DNA from: Octopus sinensis
Lineage: Eukaryota
DNA length: 64,000 nt
Direction of reading: 5' to 3'
Assembly (NCBI RefSeq): GCF_006345805.1
Contig: NC_043005.1
Span: 67,084,001 to 67,148,000 of the forward strand
Shown here: positions 15,692 through 28,090 of the stretch, in pieces
Layout: every line of letters begins with the position of its first letter
Numbering within the stretch: the first letter of the stretch is position 1
Program-made: the position numbers and the translations under genes
The notes under the pieces: generated by a model
What the model saw: only the letters and a program-made list of their open reading frames with translations
Told to the model about the DNA's origin: nothing
Databases searched by the model: none

Positions 15692-16259
15692 GAGTCGTCG
15701 CATGGAATACTAGCTAATTATAATAAGAAACTTGAAATGAGAATCAACAATGGTGGAGTTGTGGCATTTATTGTTGTCGTTATCATTGCTGCCGTCTTGT
15801 AATTCCTTGTTTTGTATATCTATTTTAAAATATATATTAACGAAGACCTACAAATTTTATAATGAATGAAGCTATCAGTTTTCTTTATTAGGTATATTAA
15901 CTGAAATTCGAAAGATGCAACATCACATTGCTTCGGAATAAACGAAGAAGGAAATTAATATAAGAGAAATACGGGTGGTTACATACTTTAACGGAAAAAT
16001 ATCGAGCTAAACGTGCTTGAGGAAGTAAGAAATGGTGATAAAAATAAAAAAAAAAGCACAGTTGTAAAAGAGATTGAAGAAATAAATGAAGGAGTGAAAT
16101 GATAAGTGAACGAATATTTGAGTTGTAGAAATTTCGCTCCAACTACAACACTTGTATGGAAAAGACTTCCGCATGGATAGAATGTTGTATAGGGGAATTT
16201 TCACTGGAAACTAAAGACTAGATGTGGCAACTCGTTCGTGAGTCTTCAGCACATCGGCA

Positions 16260-16680
16260 TGGTGTATGATGGTGGTGATGCTTCCGCTGCTGCTGCAGCA
16301 GAATCTAGTGGTGTTGATGATGATACTGATGATGATGATGATGATGGTGAGTGGTGTTGGTGTTGGTGATGGTGTTGGTGTTGGTGGTGAGGGTAGTTAT
16401 GGTGGAGGTAGCGGTGGCTATTGTTGTAGATGTTGTTGTTGTTGTTGTGGTGGTGGTGATGGGGGTGGGGGTGTTGGTGAGGTTGTTGACGACTACGATG
16501 ACGACGACGACGGTTAAGACGATGAAGGCGACGATGAAGACGAGGACGGCCGTGCAGATATGTTACGACTACTATTGCTGGTACTGCCGCTACTGTTGAT
16601 GTTGACGATGATGATTATTTCAGGGACACTATAAACTACGACAGCGATAATAATAATAATAATAATGATGAAGGAGATTA
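16260..16680. repeat. Compound trinucleotide low-complexity tract (GAT/GGT/GTT/GAC/AAT)
   Basis: Read directly from the sequence. Confidence 0.85.
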
Positions 16681-16879
16681 TTACGATGGTATATCTAACA
16701 CGAATGTCATAAATTGAAATTATTTTCTGCGAAACAAAATAATATATTAGTGCTTATATAATATATATATTATAAATATATAAGTATATATATATTATAT
16801 ATATATATGTGTATGTTGACTTTAAGAAGAATGAATTCTCTAACTGAAAATTTGCGATGCTCTGCCTCTCCTTTACTAG

Positions 16880-16972
16880 GGTACTACTACTGGCTCCAGC
16901 CGGGAATGGAAACCGGATTTGCGGAATACGTTCACCGAGATTTTATCACAGCATCTTTGCGCTCGCCAGACA
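16880..16972 (+). CDS. Candidate internal exon (93 nt; GYYYWLQPGMETGFAEYVHRDFITASLRSPD in phase 1)
   Basis: Strong acceptor CTCTGCCTCTCCTTTACTAG|, moderate donor |GTAATG, and a GC-richer island among microsatellites. A second frame is also open. Confidence 0.3.
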
Positions 16973-17107
16973 GTAATGATAATAATGCTCGTTGTTTATC
17001 ATTCTGATATGGGGTACTACTAATGATGTGGCGATAATGAGATTGACGAAGACAACATCATCATCATCATCATCACTATCAACAACAACAACAATAGTAA
17101 TAATAGT

Positions 17108-17148
<41 letters not shown>

Positions 17149-17295
17149 AATTCTTACCTTATCGTTTCCAGAAATGTTATACCGAAGGTTTGTATAAAAA
17201 ATTGATGAACATACAACATAAATAAATTTTACTATGGAATATCCTTTGCACTTGCTTTGACTTTGAAGTGATTTCGTTTGCGATATTTGGCATAA

Positions 17296-17398
<103 letters not shown>

Positions 17399-17721
17399 TA
17401 TGATATATGATATTTATATATACATATATATCAATATACATACATACATAGAATATATGTATGTGTGTATATATATACGATGTATATGTGTATCCTTGTA
17501 TGTTATATCATATATAATCTGCTAAGTAAACCGAATGTTGACAATTGAGAAGAAATAAAGTAGGATGGAGGAAGCACCGAAATCCTTTCAATTTATAATA
17601 GAGTAAAATCCTGCTTGATTTTCGTGGAAAGTCTCTTGCCATGTGATTGCTACTGAATCTTCTTGTAAAAATATAATCCGAACCAGCGTAATTGTCATAG
17701 GCAGGAACCGCTGCTATTAAG

Positions 17722-17753
<32 letters not shown>

Positions 17754-17778
17754 GTATGTGTATATTATATATGTATAT

Positions 17779-17836
<58 letters not shown>

Positions 17837-17874
17837 ATATATATATGTATGTTATATATATATATATATGTATG

Positions 17875-17908
<34 letters not shown>

Positions 17909-18068
17909 TATGAATTTAATATACTAGGGGAGAAATTCGTTAATTACTCATATTGTTTTTGTTCTTGTGAAGGTTGGTAAGTTTTTTTTTTCTTTAGAAT
18001 TGCTGTCAAACATGATCTCTTTCTTTTCTGGTCGCTTTAATTTTAATTTTTTTTTTTTATCTTTTAAG

Positions 18069-18148
18069 GTGGGGTGCGCTCGCTGGCTTTGAAGTCTTTT
18101 GGAAATAATTATTTCATCTTGTATGACACCGCATTGCAACAAATTACC
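18069..18148 (+). CDS. Candidate internal exon (GVRSLALKSFGNNYFILYDTALQQIT)
   Basis: Strong acceptor TTTTTTTTATCTTTTAAG|; only phase 1 is open. The donor is weak, so the 3' boundary is uncertain. Confidence 0.28.
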
Positions 18149-18659
18149 GTGTTGATAGCGGGTGTTTTCTTGTCTACGTTCTCTGTTGTTTCTTCTTCTT
18201 TCTTTTTTTCTTTCTTCAGCAGAAAAACAACAACAGAAGCAACAAAAACAACGAAAATAATTATGAACCCACCCTTTAAACCGAAGAGAGTCAAGCACCG
18301 CTCCTCAGCGGCACACACCACACACACACACACACACACCACCTCTCTTAACGCCACCGACACAAACCAACTTTGGAGCTTCTGCTACCACAGCGAACTA
18401 CCAACAACACCAACACCAGCCACATCCTCGCCGCCGTCACCTCCGCTGCCGACTCTACCATCGCCGTCAACACCACTGCTGCCACTCTCTCCTTTTTTGC
18501 CATCAACACCGACACATCCTCTATCACCAGGCCCATCGCCTGCATCATCGTAATCTTCATCGCTGTCATTGTCATCAGAGTTATTATTTATTATTGTTAT
18601 TATTATTTTTATCTTATGCTTTTGTTATTGGTCCTTGTAGTATTTCCTGGTTCGTTGCC

Positions 18660-18702
18660 CTTTTGGCAAATAATAATAATAATGATAATAATAATAAAAA
18701 AA

Positions 18703-18755
<53 letters not shown>

Positions 18756-18866
18756 ACAATAATAATATTTGTTTCTAACAATAATTTTTTTATTAACAGC
18801 AACACCAACAACAACGGTAACAAAACAACAGTAAAATAATAATAATAATAATAATAACAATAATAC

Positions 18867-18912
<46 letters not shown>

Positions 18913-18955
18913 GTAATAATAATAATGATGATGATGATGATATTGATGACAATAA
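18660..18955. repeat. Compound (AAT)n/(AGT)n microsatellite
   Basis: Read directly from the sequence. Confidence 0.9.
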
Positions 18956-19230
18956 TAAATTTGTCTATAGGAATTTATTTTGTCTTTTTACTTCATATTT
19001 GTTTTGATATTATTTATATTAATTAAAAATTGCCTAATTAAAATCATAATTGTTGCTGTTATTGCAGTCGATGCTTTCTTTAATCTTTGTTGCTGCTGTA
19101 GTATAGTTTGTTATTATATTTGCTCTTGCTAGTGTCAATGAAACTCCTACCAGTAATATGCAGGGAACAATTAATTTTGATGTGTGTGTGTATACATATA
19201 TATTATATAAGCTCACACACCCATACATAC

Positions 19231-19325
<95 letters not shown>

Positions 19326-19581
19326 ATATATATATATATATATTCTCTCTTTGGTAAAAGCTCTCCCTGGATCACTTTCTATGTATTTTGATTTAAGATT
19401 AGTCCTCCTTTCTTTTCCCCGTCTTCTTCTTACTCTTCTTTTTCTTCCATTTTACTGTTGTTTCTCTTATTATCTGTTCCCTCCACCTCCGACTCCCACT
19501 CATTCGGCTGCCCCTTCTATTTTTCTATTTCTTTTCTTCCTCCGCCTCACCTACGGATCTCCCCCATTGACCACCGTGCAG

Positions 19582-19700
19582 ATAGCCAAACCAACAGACA
19601 CACGGTTCGGCAAAACCGCCTTGCCGCATCTCTTAATGATCCATTTCTTTAAGCTGGTCGGCTGCATAGTCGTTGAATATACGTTGACTAACTTATTGAG
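19582..19700 (+). CDS. Candidate internal exon (IAKPTDTRFGKTALPHLLMIHFFKLVGCIVVEYTLTNLL)
   Basis: Pyrimidine-rich lead-in ending GTGCAG|; only phase 0 is open. Weak donor AG|GTGCGG gives phase 2, matching 23783. Confidence 0.25.
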
Positions 19701-21258
19701 GTGCGGAGTTTGCGTGTTGGTGGGCTACAGATTCTTTCCTTAAACGTAGCCTCACCACAACCAACTCGGCCATACCAAATATGTTACAACATCAACGAAC
19801 ATATCGACATATACATACAAGTAACACAGCACACCCTCTTTTCACTTCTCTTACTATATCTTCATTTTAATCAGATAGTGTCTATCTTTGTTTCTATCTG
19901 CAAATATGTATTTATGAGTGACCGCACGTTTAGATTTATAAGTAATTTTGGACGTATCTATGTTTTGTGCATATATATGCACGCATGCATTTGTGCATGT
20001 ATGTCTTTCCTTTAGCTAATACATCTATATATGTATCGCCATTCAGTAGTATCTCTGTAGTATATTTTTGCCTGCATGCCTGTCTGTCCTTTCTCTTACA
20101 CCCTCTCCGTGTCTCTCTCATTTTCTCTCCCTCTCGCACTCTTTCCTATTCTTTCTATCTCAACCTTTGCTTCTATGGCGTTTGTTTCAGCGAGAGTATT
20201 TGAGAAAGTGTGAAGAACGTAAAGGCAGATAGAGTAGAGCTAGCTAGACGCTAGTAGCACTAGTTATTACGATGTCAACCAATAGTCGCAGCTGTAAAAC
20301 TGAATCTCTTTATATAGTCTTATAGATGTACCTAGCTTAAATGAATGAGAATTTTGTATATACGCAAACAGACACATGTATACATATTTACAGCTTTATA
20401 TATATGTGCGTATGTTTACGCACACACACGGATATATATATATATGCATGTATTTATATATACATGCATATACATTTATTCATATACGTACACATATGCA
20501 TATATTTATGCACATTGTCTACAAGTACATGCATATATTTGTGTGTGTGTGTATTTATAAGTGTGTGCATACATATAAGCAGATATATGTAGGCATATAT
20601 GTGTACATATACATATTTATTTGTATATATATTTTGCATGTGTGTGTTTGCATATATATGCATACTTTTGTATGCATTAATATGTATAATATATATTATA
20701 TATATATATATATATATAATATATATATATAGATATATAATATAAATATAATATATAATATATTGAGAGACAATTATTAAATCTTAATATATATTTTACA
20801 TAAGTAGTATATATATATATATATATATTTATGTATATATATGTGTGTGTGTGTATGTGTGTGTATATGTGTGTATGACTAGTATAGACATATATAGTAG
20901 AGATATAAATATTACATAACATATTTAAAATGTACATTTGTGTATGTGTTTATTATCTACGTACACAGTTGAGAACACTTGTACACACACGCACGCGCAC
21001 ATGTACACCCTATATATGAGTGTTGATGTATGTTTGAGTAAGTGTGTGTGTATGTGTGTGTGTGTGTATGTGCGTATGTGTGTAATTCATTCGTAACGAT
21101 TTTGATTGGATAATTTGCTATTATCATGTTTAGGTAACCCAAGGCAATCAATATAATTACACCGCAGGATTTCTTTTAGCATGGGCACAAACAATTGCTC
21201 AACTGTCAAATAAATATATATAACGGATGTTTCTTGGCAGAGGTTAAGTATTCTACCA

Positions 21259-21290
21259 CTGATGAGGCTCTAACGAGTTAGAAACTGATC
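21259..21290 (+). ncRNA. Degenerate minimal hammerhead-like motif
   Basis: CTGATGA-GGCTC-TAAC-GAGTT-A-GAAAC-TGATC: canonical core and a stem II, but stems I and III do not pair well. Confidence 0.35.
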
Positions 21291-21447
21291 ATATTCATCA
21301 CATGTAATCAGCCCGCATGAAAAAAGAAAACTTTCTCTTATTTTACTCATTGAAAAGGTGAAACAGGCATGTTCCATAAAAACACACACAGAGCAAAGAC
21401 TTACAAATGCATGTATACATATAAGAAAATATGTATATATGCATGTC

Positions 21448-21478
<31 letters not shown>

Positions 21479-21632
21479 GTTTTGTGCATATATATGCACG
21501 CATGCATTTGTGTGTGTGTGTGCGTGTGTGTGTGTGCGTGTGTAACAATATATAAGAATATATATGTATACAAACATATATATATACTAACATACCTATA
21601 TAAAATACATGCATATGTATTACAAATATATG

Positions 21633-21665
<33 letters not shown>

Positions 21666-21669
21666 ATAC

Positions 21670-21702
<33 letters not shown>

Positions 21703-21844
21703 TAATTTATATATATAAAAGGATGAAAGATTTCCTACAGCGTAGGGCCTACACTATACATATATATATATACATATATATATTTAAATACACACACATA
21801 CACACACGCACATACACACATACACACACACATACACACACATA

Positions 21845-21910
<66 letters not shown>

Positions 21911-22660
21911 GACATGGCCACAAGAAGCACTACAAACAGCACCTACATTACTATCAAGCTATATATCACTTCTATAAAGAAATAAAGGCGGCGATCTAGT
22001 TTAGATAATTATATCAAAGTTTTAAAATCTATCGCGACTTTATTGAAGAATGTACCGCTTTCAGTATTTCATACGATTGATGTTGATATTAGGAATAAAA
22101 TATATGGGCAAAGATATTCGGATATATTACGGAATATCATTAGCTATCGAGACTGGATGAATTGCCAAAGAGAAATTGACTGTTGTCAGAGAGGCGACGG
22201 ACTTAAACCTATCCTCTGTAAAATACTGACACTCAACTACATGTATTGTGTACTTTTCCCCTTTTGTAAACACAAACGGTTATCAATATACGCACATGCA
22301 CGCACAGCGCTCACGCACGCACACAAATACTAACACAAACAATCATACAATCACATGTGTATATGTGCATGTGTATGGAAGTATGTATGTGTATACGAGT
22401 GTGTGTGTGTGTGTGTGTATCTATGTACCTCTGTCTGTGCGCGTGCATGTGGGTAAATACTGACGATGGTGAGAGTGTGTATGCATATATATGTGTATAT
22501 ATATTTATATGTATATTATATATATATATATATACACATATTATATATGAATATATATGTAATATATATGTATAAATATGTATATATATATATAATATAT
22601 ATATATAGACACACACATATATATATTATATATATATGTATACACCACGCACATATATAT

Positions 22661-22734
<74 letters not shown>

Positions 22735-23023
22735 AGGATGAAAGATTTCCTACAGTGTAGGGCCTACACTTAACTTGTTACATAGGAGAATATATATTTT
22801 AATATTATTATATCCTAGTATAACTGAAACATTAAGAACAATATATGTTTCTGCAGAGAGGGAGAGAGAGGTGGGAGGAGCAGAAAGAGTCGTGCTGAGC
22901 CACGTAAGTAGATTGATAGATCGTTAGATAGATAGATGGATGGATTGTTGGATACATACACACCTTCGTACGTAGTAGATACACAAATATTTACAAACAC
23001 AATGTGATGTGTATATATGCATG

Positions 23024-23085
<62 letters not shown>

Positions 23086-23110
23086 ATATATATATATATA
23101 TTATATATAA

Positions 23111-23144
<34 letters not shown>

Positions 23145-23782
23145 CAAATATATATATATATTATACAATATATATATATATTATATATATATACACATAT
23201 ATATATATATGTATATATATAGAGAGAGAGAGAGTAGAAAAGAAAGAGAGAGCTAGAGCGATATTCATAAAATAATATGCGTAAATAGGTTTGTGTTTTT
23301 GTAAATGTGAATATATACACGCATAAGCACTGACAAACACATACACACTCACATATAAAGATATATATGCATGTGTGCATTCACGTCTGCGGGCTATGGT
23401 ATAGGGTAATGAAATAGAAAATAATTCTGTTATCAATACGGGTCGTAACATCTCCATTATCATCTTCCTAATCATCAGTAGAAGCAGTTTCAGTATCAAC
23501 AGCATCGTAATCATACACACCAGGCTGTTGTTCGGAACACTAATATAGGGGTAGCTGCATTTAATATGTAGTTTTCAGTGAAGATTCCTCTCTACAATGT
23601 AATATCGATGCGGAAGTCGATACCGGTGAAGTGTGGTAATTCGAATTGAAAGCTCCGTTGTTTCACGGGTTTGTTACCATTGCTTTCCACAACTTCAGGT
23701 TTTTGCTATTTTCCTGCATGAGATAAGTACCTTATGCTATATTTTAATGATCACTATTTCTTTTTTTTATTTTACTATTTAG

Positions 23783-24236
23783 CCATTGGTCAACAGAATC
23801 AGGATTAAATGCCTTTCAATCACGACCATATGTTCCCTTCTCAGTGTCAGTGGCTAAATTATCTAATGCAATTTCACTTATGTCGTATAGTATTCGATTC
23901 GGAGAAGAATATTTCACTGCTATTTCTAGAACAGCCAAACAGATTCTTGCTGTTTTTCTTGCCGTTGGTTGCAGCTTCATTATCATTTTTATTTATATAC
24001 TTGAGACCAGTAGTCTCAATGGTTACATGTTTCAAACCAGTCAATTATTGGTTAAATGTACTGCTTATGGTGAATTTGAGAAGTACCTCTGCACTCGACA
24101 TTTTGAAAGCTTCTTATTTGTCAGCAAAATGGCTCACGTTACAGTTACGAAACGTTTGCTCCAAATTTTGATAGATAAGTGCGGAAAGCTACAGGCTAAA
24201 GTGTTAGGTGTGGCATCAGGTTTTGAGAGACATTAG
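23783..24236 (+). CDS. Candidate terminal exon, about 150 open codons, with a hydrophobic segment (ILAVFLAVGCSFIIIFIYIL)
   Basis: Acceptor TTTTATTTTACTATTTAG|; only phase 2 is open through to TAG at 24234-24236; not microsatellite-derived. No family recognised. Confidence 0.28.
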
Positions 24237-24387
24237 GCTTGCATGAATGACTGTCCCTGCTAAATCGTCCTCATACACTGCAGCTTCAAAGTTGCTTTCA
24301 TTACTTCTGAGATTTCGTGCAGCACAGTGAAACCTATTGTTGAAAGCTTCAGATTCGGGTTTATATAAAACACACACACACACGGAT

Positions 24388-24418
<31 letters not shown>

Positions 24419-24572
24419 AACACACACACAGAAATACATACACACATACAAACACACACACACACGCATACATACATACATACATATATGTATGTGTGTG
24501 TTTGTGTATTTACGGTCAATATTTGAAGTGCAGTTAACTGGTGGTAGTTTTATTAGTGAAGGCGCATGTGAA

Positions 24573-24905
24573 GGCGCATGGCTCAGTGGTTAGAGCGTCG
24601 AGCTTACGATCGTGAGGTTGTGAGCTCGAATCCCGGACCGGGCTGCGTGTTGTGTTCTTGAGCAAGGCACTTTATTTCACGTTGCTCCAGTTCACTCAGC
24701 TGTAGAAATGAGTTGCGACGTCTCTGGTGCCAAGATGTATCGGCCCTTGCCTTTCCCTTGGATAACACTGGTGGCGTGGAGAGGGGAGGCCGGTATGCAT
24801 GGGCGACTACTGGTCTTCCATAAACAACCTTGCCCGGACTTGTGTCTAGGAGGGTAACTTTCTAGGTGCAATCCCATGGTCATTCATGACCGAAGGGGGT
24901 CTTTA
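24573..24905 (+). mobile_element. tRNA-derived SINE with CORE-like central domain (tail type A)
   Basis: A box TGGCTCAGTGGTT, B-box-like GCTCGAATCC, ACG in an anticodon-like loop. Then TGTGTTCTTGAGCAAGGCACTTTATTTCAC...CTCAGCTGTAGAAATGAG, shared with the next copy. Confidence 0.85.
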
Positions 24906-24946
24906 CTTTTTTTAGTTTTATTACTTATTTTACCACTTTACGTGAA

Positions 24947-25266
24947 GGCGCGCGTCTTAGTGGTTAGGGCATTCAGCTCACGATCGTAAAGTCGTGATTT
25001 CAATTCCCGGCGACGCGTTGTGTCCTTGATCAAGGTACCTTATTTCACGTTGCTCCAGTCCACTCAGCTGGCAAAAATGAGTTGTACCTGTATTTCAAAG
25101 GGCCGGCCTTGTCACATTCTGTGTCACGCTGAATATCCCTGAGAACTACGTTAGAGGTACACGTGTCTGTGTATTACTCAGTCACTTGCACGTTAATTTC
25201 ACGAGCAAGCTGTTCCCTTCATCGTATCAGCTGTGACCCTCGTCGTCGTAACCGACGGAGTTGTCC
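24947..25266 (+). mobile_element. tRNA-derived SINE with the same head/core, tail type B
   Basis: Head and core align to 24573 while the tail differs. The tail matches the reverse complement of 47195-47282. Confidence 0.75.
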
Positions 25267-25524
25267 TTTGACACTTGAATTTCAAGAAGCTGGATTTCCC
25301 TTCAGATTTATCTCCGATATTTTTTGAAAAATAAAACAGTAATATTTATCATAAAATGAAAATTGTTGGCAACTGCTTCCCAACCACCTGGTTCTGGGTT
25401 CAGTCCCAGTGCATGGCACCTTCGCTATGTATCTTTTACTATAGCCTCGGGCCGACCAAAGCCTTGTGAGTAGATTTGGTAGACCGAAAGTGAAAGAAGA
25501 CCGTCGTATATATATATATATATA

Positions 25525-25723
25525 GTTAATCCAAACAAGAAAACATAAAAAAAGCACAGCAACGCGAGGACGTGGAACAAATAAAGTATTATTGGACGCT
25601 CAGGAAAGAAGGGAAGAAGGAGGGCTTAACGTTTCGAGCAGAGCTCTTCGTCGGAAACAAAGGAGAAGGAAAGATCCCGAGAAGGGAAGACAGAGGAAAA
25701 AAAATTGCTGGCGGTGCTCACGA
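25525..25723 (-). mobile_element. Penelope-like terminal-repeat fragment inserted in the SINE microsatellite
   Basis: Foreign 200-bp segment absent from the 52619 copy; carries a minimal hammerhead motif. Penelope assignment is inferred from the known PLE-hammerhead association. Confidence 0.5.
25624..25658 (-). ncRNA. Minimal type I hammerhead-like ribozyme (dimer type)
   Basis: Sense strand GUUU-CCGACGA-A-GAGC-UCU-GCUC-GAAACGU-U-AAGC. Stem I GUUU/AAGC, stem II GAGC/GCUC, palindromic ACGU stem III; U4 is replaced by C. Confidence 0.5.
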
Positions 25724-26629
25724 CGTGTGTGTGTGTGTTTGTGTGTGTGTGTATGTGTGTGTGTTTGTGCGTGTGCGAGTGCGTGTGTGTATATGTGTGT
25801 ATATGTGTGTCTGTGTGTGTTTATTTATGTGTGTGTGTCTTCGTATCTGTGTTTGTCCCCACCATCGCTTGAGAACCGATATCCGTGTGTGTATGTTCCC
25901 GTAACCTAGCGTTTCGGCAAAAAACAACTGATAGAATAAGTACTAGGCTTACAAGGAATAAGTCCCGGAGTCGTTTTTTCGATAAGAACCATTTAAGGTG
26001 GTGCTCCAGCAAGGATTCGGTCAAATGATTGAACCAATTAAAAGAATAAAAGAATAAAATAACTTTCAACTAACCTAGTAGAGAATTCTCGATTAAACTT
26101 CCAGAATGAGTTTGTCCGTTTAGCAAATTTAAACATATACAGATTTAGTCTACTTATTTCAACTTTACACGGAAATTGATCCTCCTAACCCGCTAAATAT
26201 AATTCAGCTAATATTCATATCACACGCCGATGAAATTATGTTGCACTAAGTCAATCACCATACAATTGTAATTGTTTATCAAAGGTTACTATTTATCATT
26301 TTAAGGCTTGAAATCCCAGCAGCTCTAAAGTTTATAAGAATCTCCAAGAGATTTTATTCGCATGGATATTCGTTTAGAAATGCTATACAGAAATTGAAAA
26401 GTGTAAAATTCTTGGTTATAGAAATTAGTAAATAAAAAATATAATTCGTTACAGGTAATGAATATCTAAGGTAAACCAAGCTAATAATTTTCTTAGATGA
26501 CCATTATTAAATAAACGTTCTGAATTCATTGACACGTAGCATAATGATTTCAATGATTCCTGGAATTTAATCCTTGCAAAGCAAAATGAATTTTTCCCGT
26601 AACGTATAATGCTCACATATAGTAATCAA

Positions 26630-26804
<175 letters not shown>

Positions 26805-27320
26805 GAGTGAGAGAGCAGTTCATGCCATCAAAGTGACACTGGGGTAAAATAGACGAAGCCCAATATACCCATCATGACCACCCGTCTGATAAGGGTACAC
26901 CAGGCACATGCATCATAAACATATGTGCGCGACATGGTGATCTCATAACAAGATAAACAGCACATGACCTTGCAGGTGGGGCCCAGTTAGAATTTTCTTC
27001 AGGTTGAGTAACCCATCCTGTTCAAAAGGTCCCTGAATAAGGGTTGTTTAAGGATGTTGAAAGAACCACCCATGTTTCCAGAGGTGAATTATTCAAACCC
27101 CAAAGAATCCCTCTCAACACATGACTATGATGCTCCCCCACTACTTCTGCTCGTGATCAGAGATGCACATATCGTCAGCCACTAAGGGACATGCTCAACT
27201 GGTTTAAGGTCAAACAACTGAAAAGTAAATCTGTGATATTGAGCAGAATATTTGCTGTAGCTCATCTTTTAGACCAAGACAAAACAATGTACATGATAAC
27301 ACTTCCAATCAGTTAAGATC
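26805..27320 (-). mobile_element. Non-coding (AAT)-associated retroposon, copy 1
   Basis: Aligns with 39939-40040 and 54019-54418; no ORF or protein motif; AAT arrays on both sides. Confidence 0.7.
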
Positions 27321-27358
<38 letters not shown>

Positions 27359-27402
27359 TATATTATTATTATTATTATTATTAGATTATTATTATTATTA
27401 TT

Positions 27403-27978
27403 CAGTAGTTTTATTTTTTTAGCGTGCTTTCACTTCACTACCGAGCGCAGCTCTGTGTGCCTTGGGTATCTGCTGTGATTTTTGTGATGCTCTGATGGTT
27501 ATTGTATGGAAAGCGTTCTGCGTAGGATGTGTGCAGTGCCTAGTAGTGCAATTTTCTGTATGTTATATGTGTTTGTAAGTCCTGGTGTTTTTGTTATGTA
27601 TTTGTCTGAATATTTTTTATCATGCCTAATGCAACCACTATGATAGGAATTGTTTCTGTTTTCAGATTCCACATTCTAGTTACCTCTATTTCCAGGTCTT
27701 TGTATTTTGAGAGTTTCTCCATTCTTTTAGAGACACGTTGTCATCTGCCGGTATTGATACATCAATTAAAAAGCATTTTTTTCCTTCCTGATCTCTGACA
27801 ACTATATCTGGTCTGTTGGCCTTAATTTCTCTATCTGTGTGTATCGGCATACCCCAGAGTATGGTTGCTTCTCGTTTTCTGTGACCTTTTCTGGTGTGTG
27901 CCTATACCATCTTTTTTCTGTTGTGATTCCATAATGTTGGCATAGCTTCCAATGTATGTAGGTTCCAACTCTCATGTC
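27403..27978 (-). mobile_element. R4/Dong-like LINE, 5'-truncated (REL domain plus 3' UTR)
   Basis: Near reverse complement of about 35030-35610 (RHD..RPDIVVRD..IDVSIP..KLSKYKDL..GTAHILRR); flanked by AAT arrays. Confidence 0.9.
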
Positions 27979-28032
27979 TGATATTCCCTGATACCTTATT
28001 ATTATTATATATTATTATTATTATTATTATTA

Positions 28033-28071
<39 letters not shown>

Positions 28072-28090
28072 CATTATTATTATTATTACT

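Larger units (their letters stand above)
25368..26058 (+). mobile_element. SINE family 1 (internal AT/GT microsatellite), interrupted
   Basis: Head (CCAACCAC..GGGTTCAGTCCC..TATAGCCTCGGGCCGACCAAAGCC) and tail (AATAAGTACTAGGCTTAC..GGTGCTCCAGC) align to the copy at 52619. Confidence 0.75.

Noticed and set aside
24216-24350. Minus-strand reading AFNNRFHCAARNLRSNESNFEAAVYEDD, superficially Ig-like
   Set aside because: Short, begins in a microsatellite, and has no convincing splice sites on that strand.
24573-24645. tRNA-Arg(ACG)-like sequence
   Set aside because: The acceptor and anticodon stems do not pair and it continues into SINE core and tail, so it is a SINE head, not a tRNA gene.
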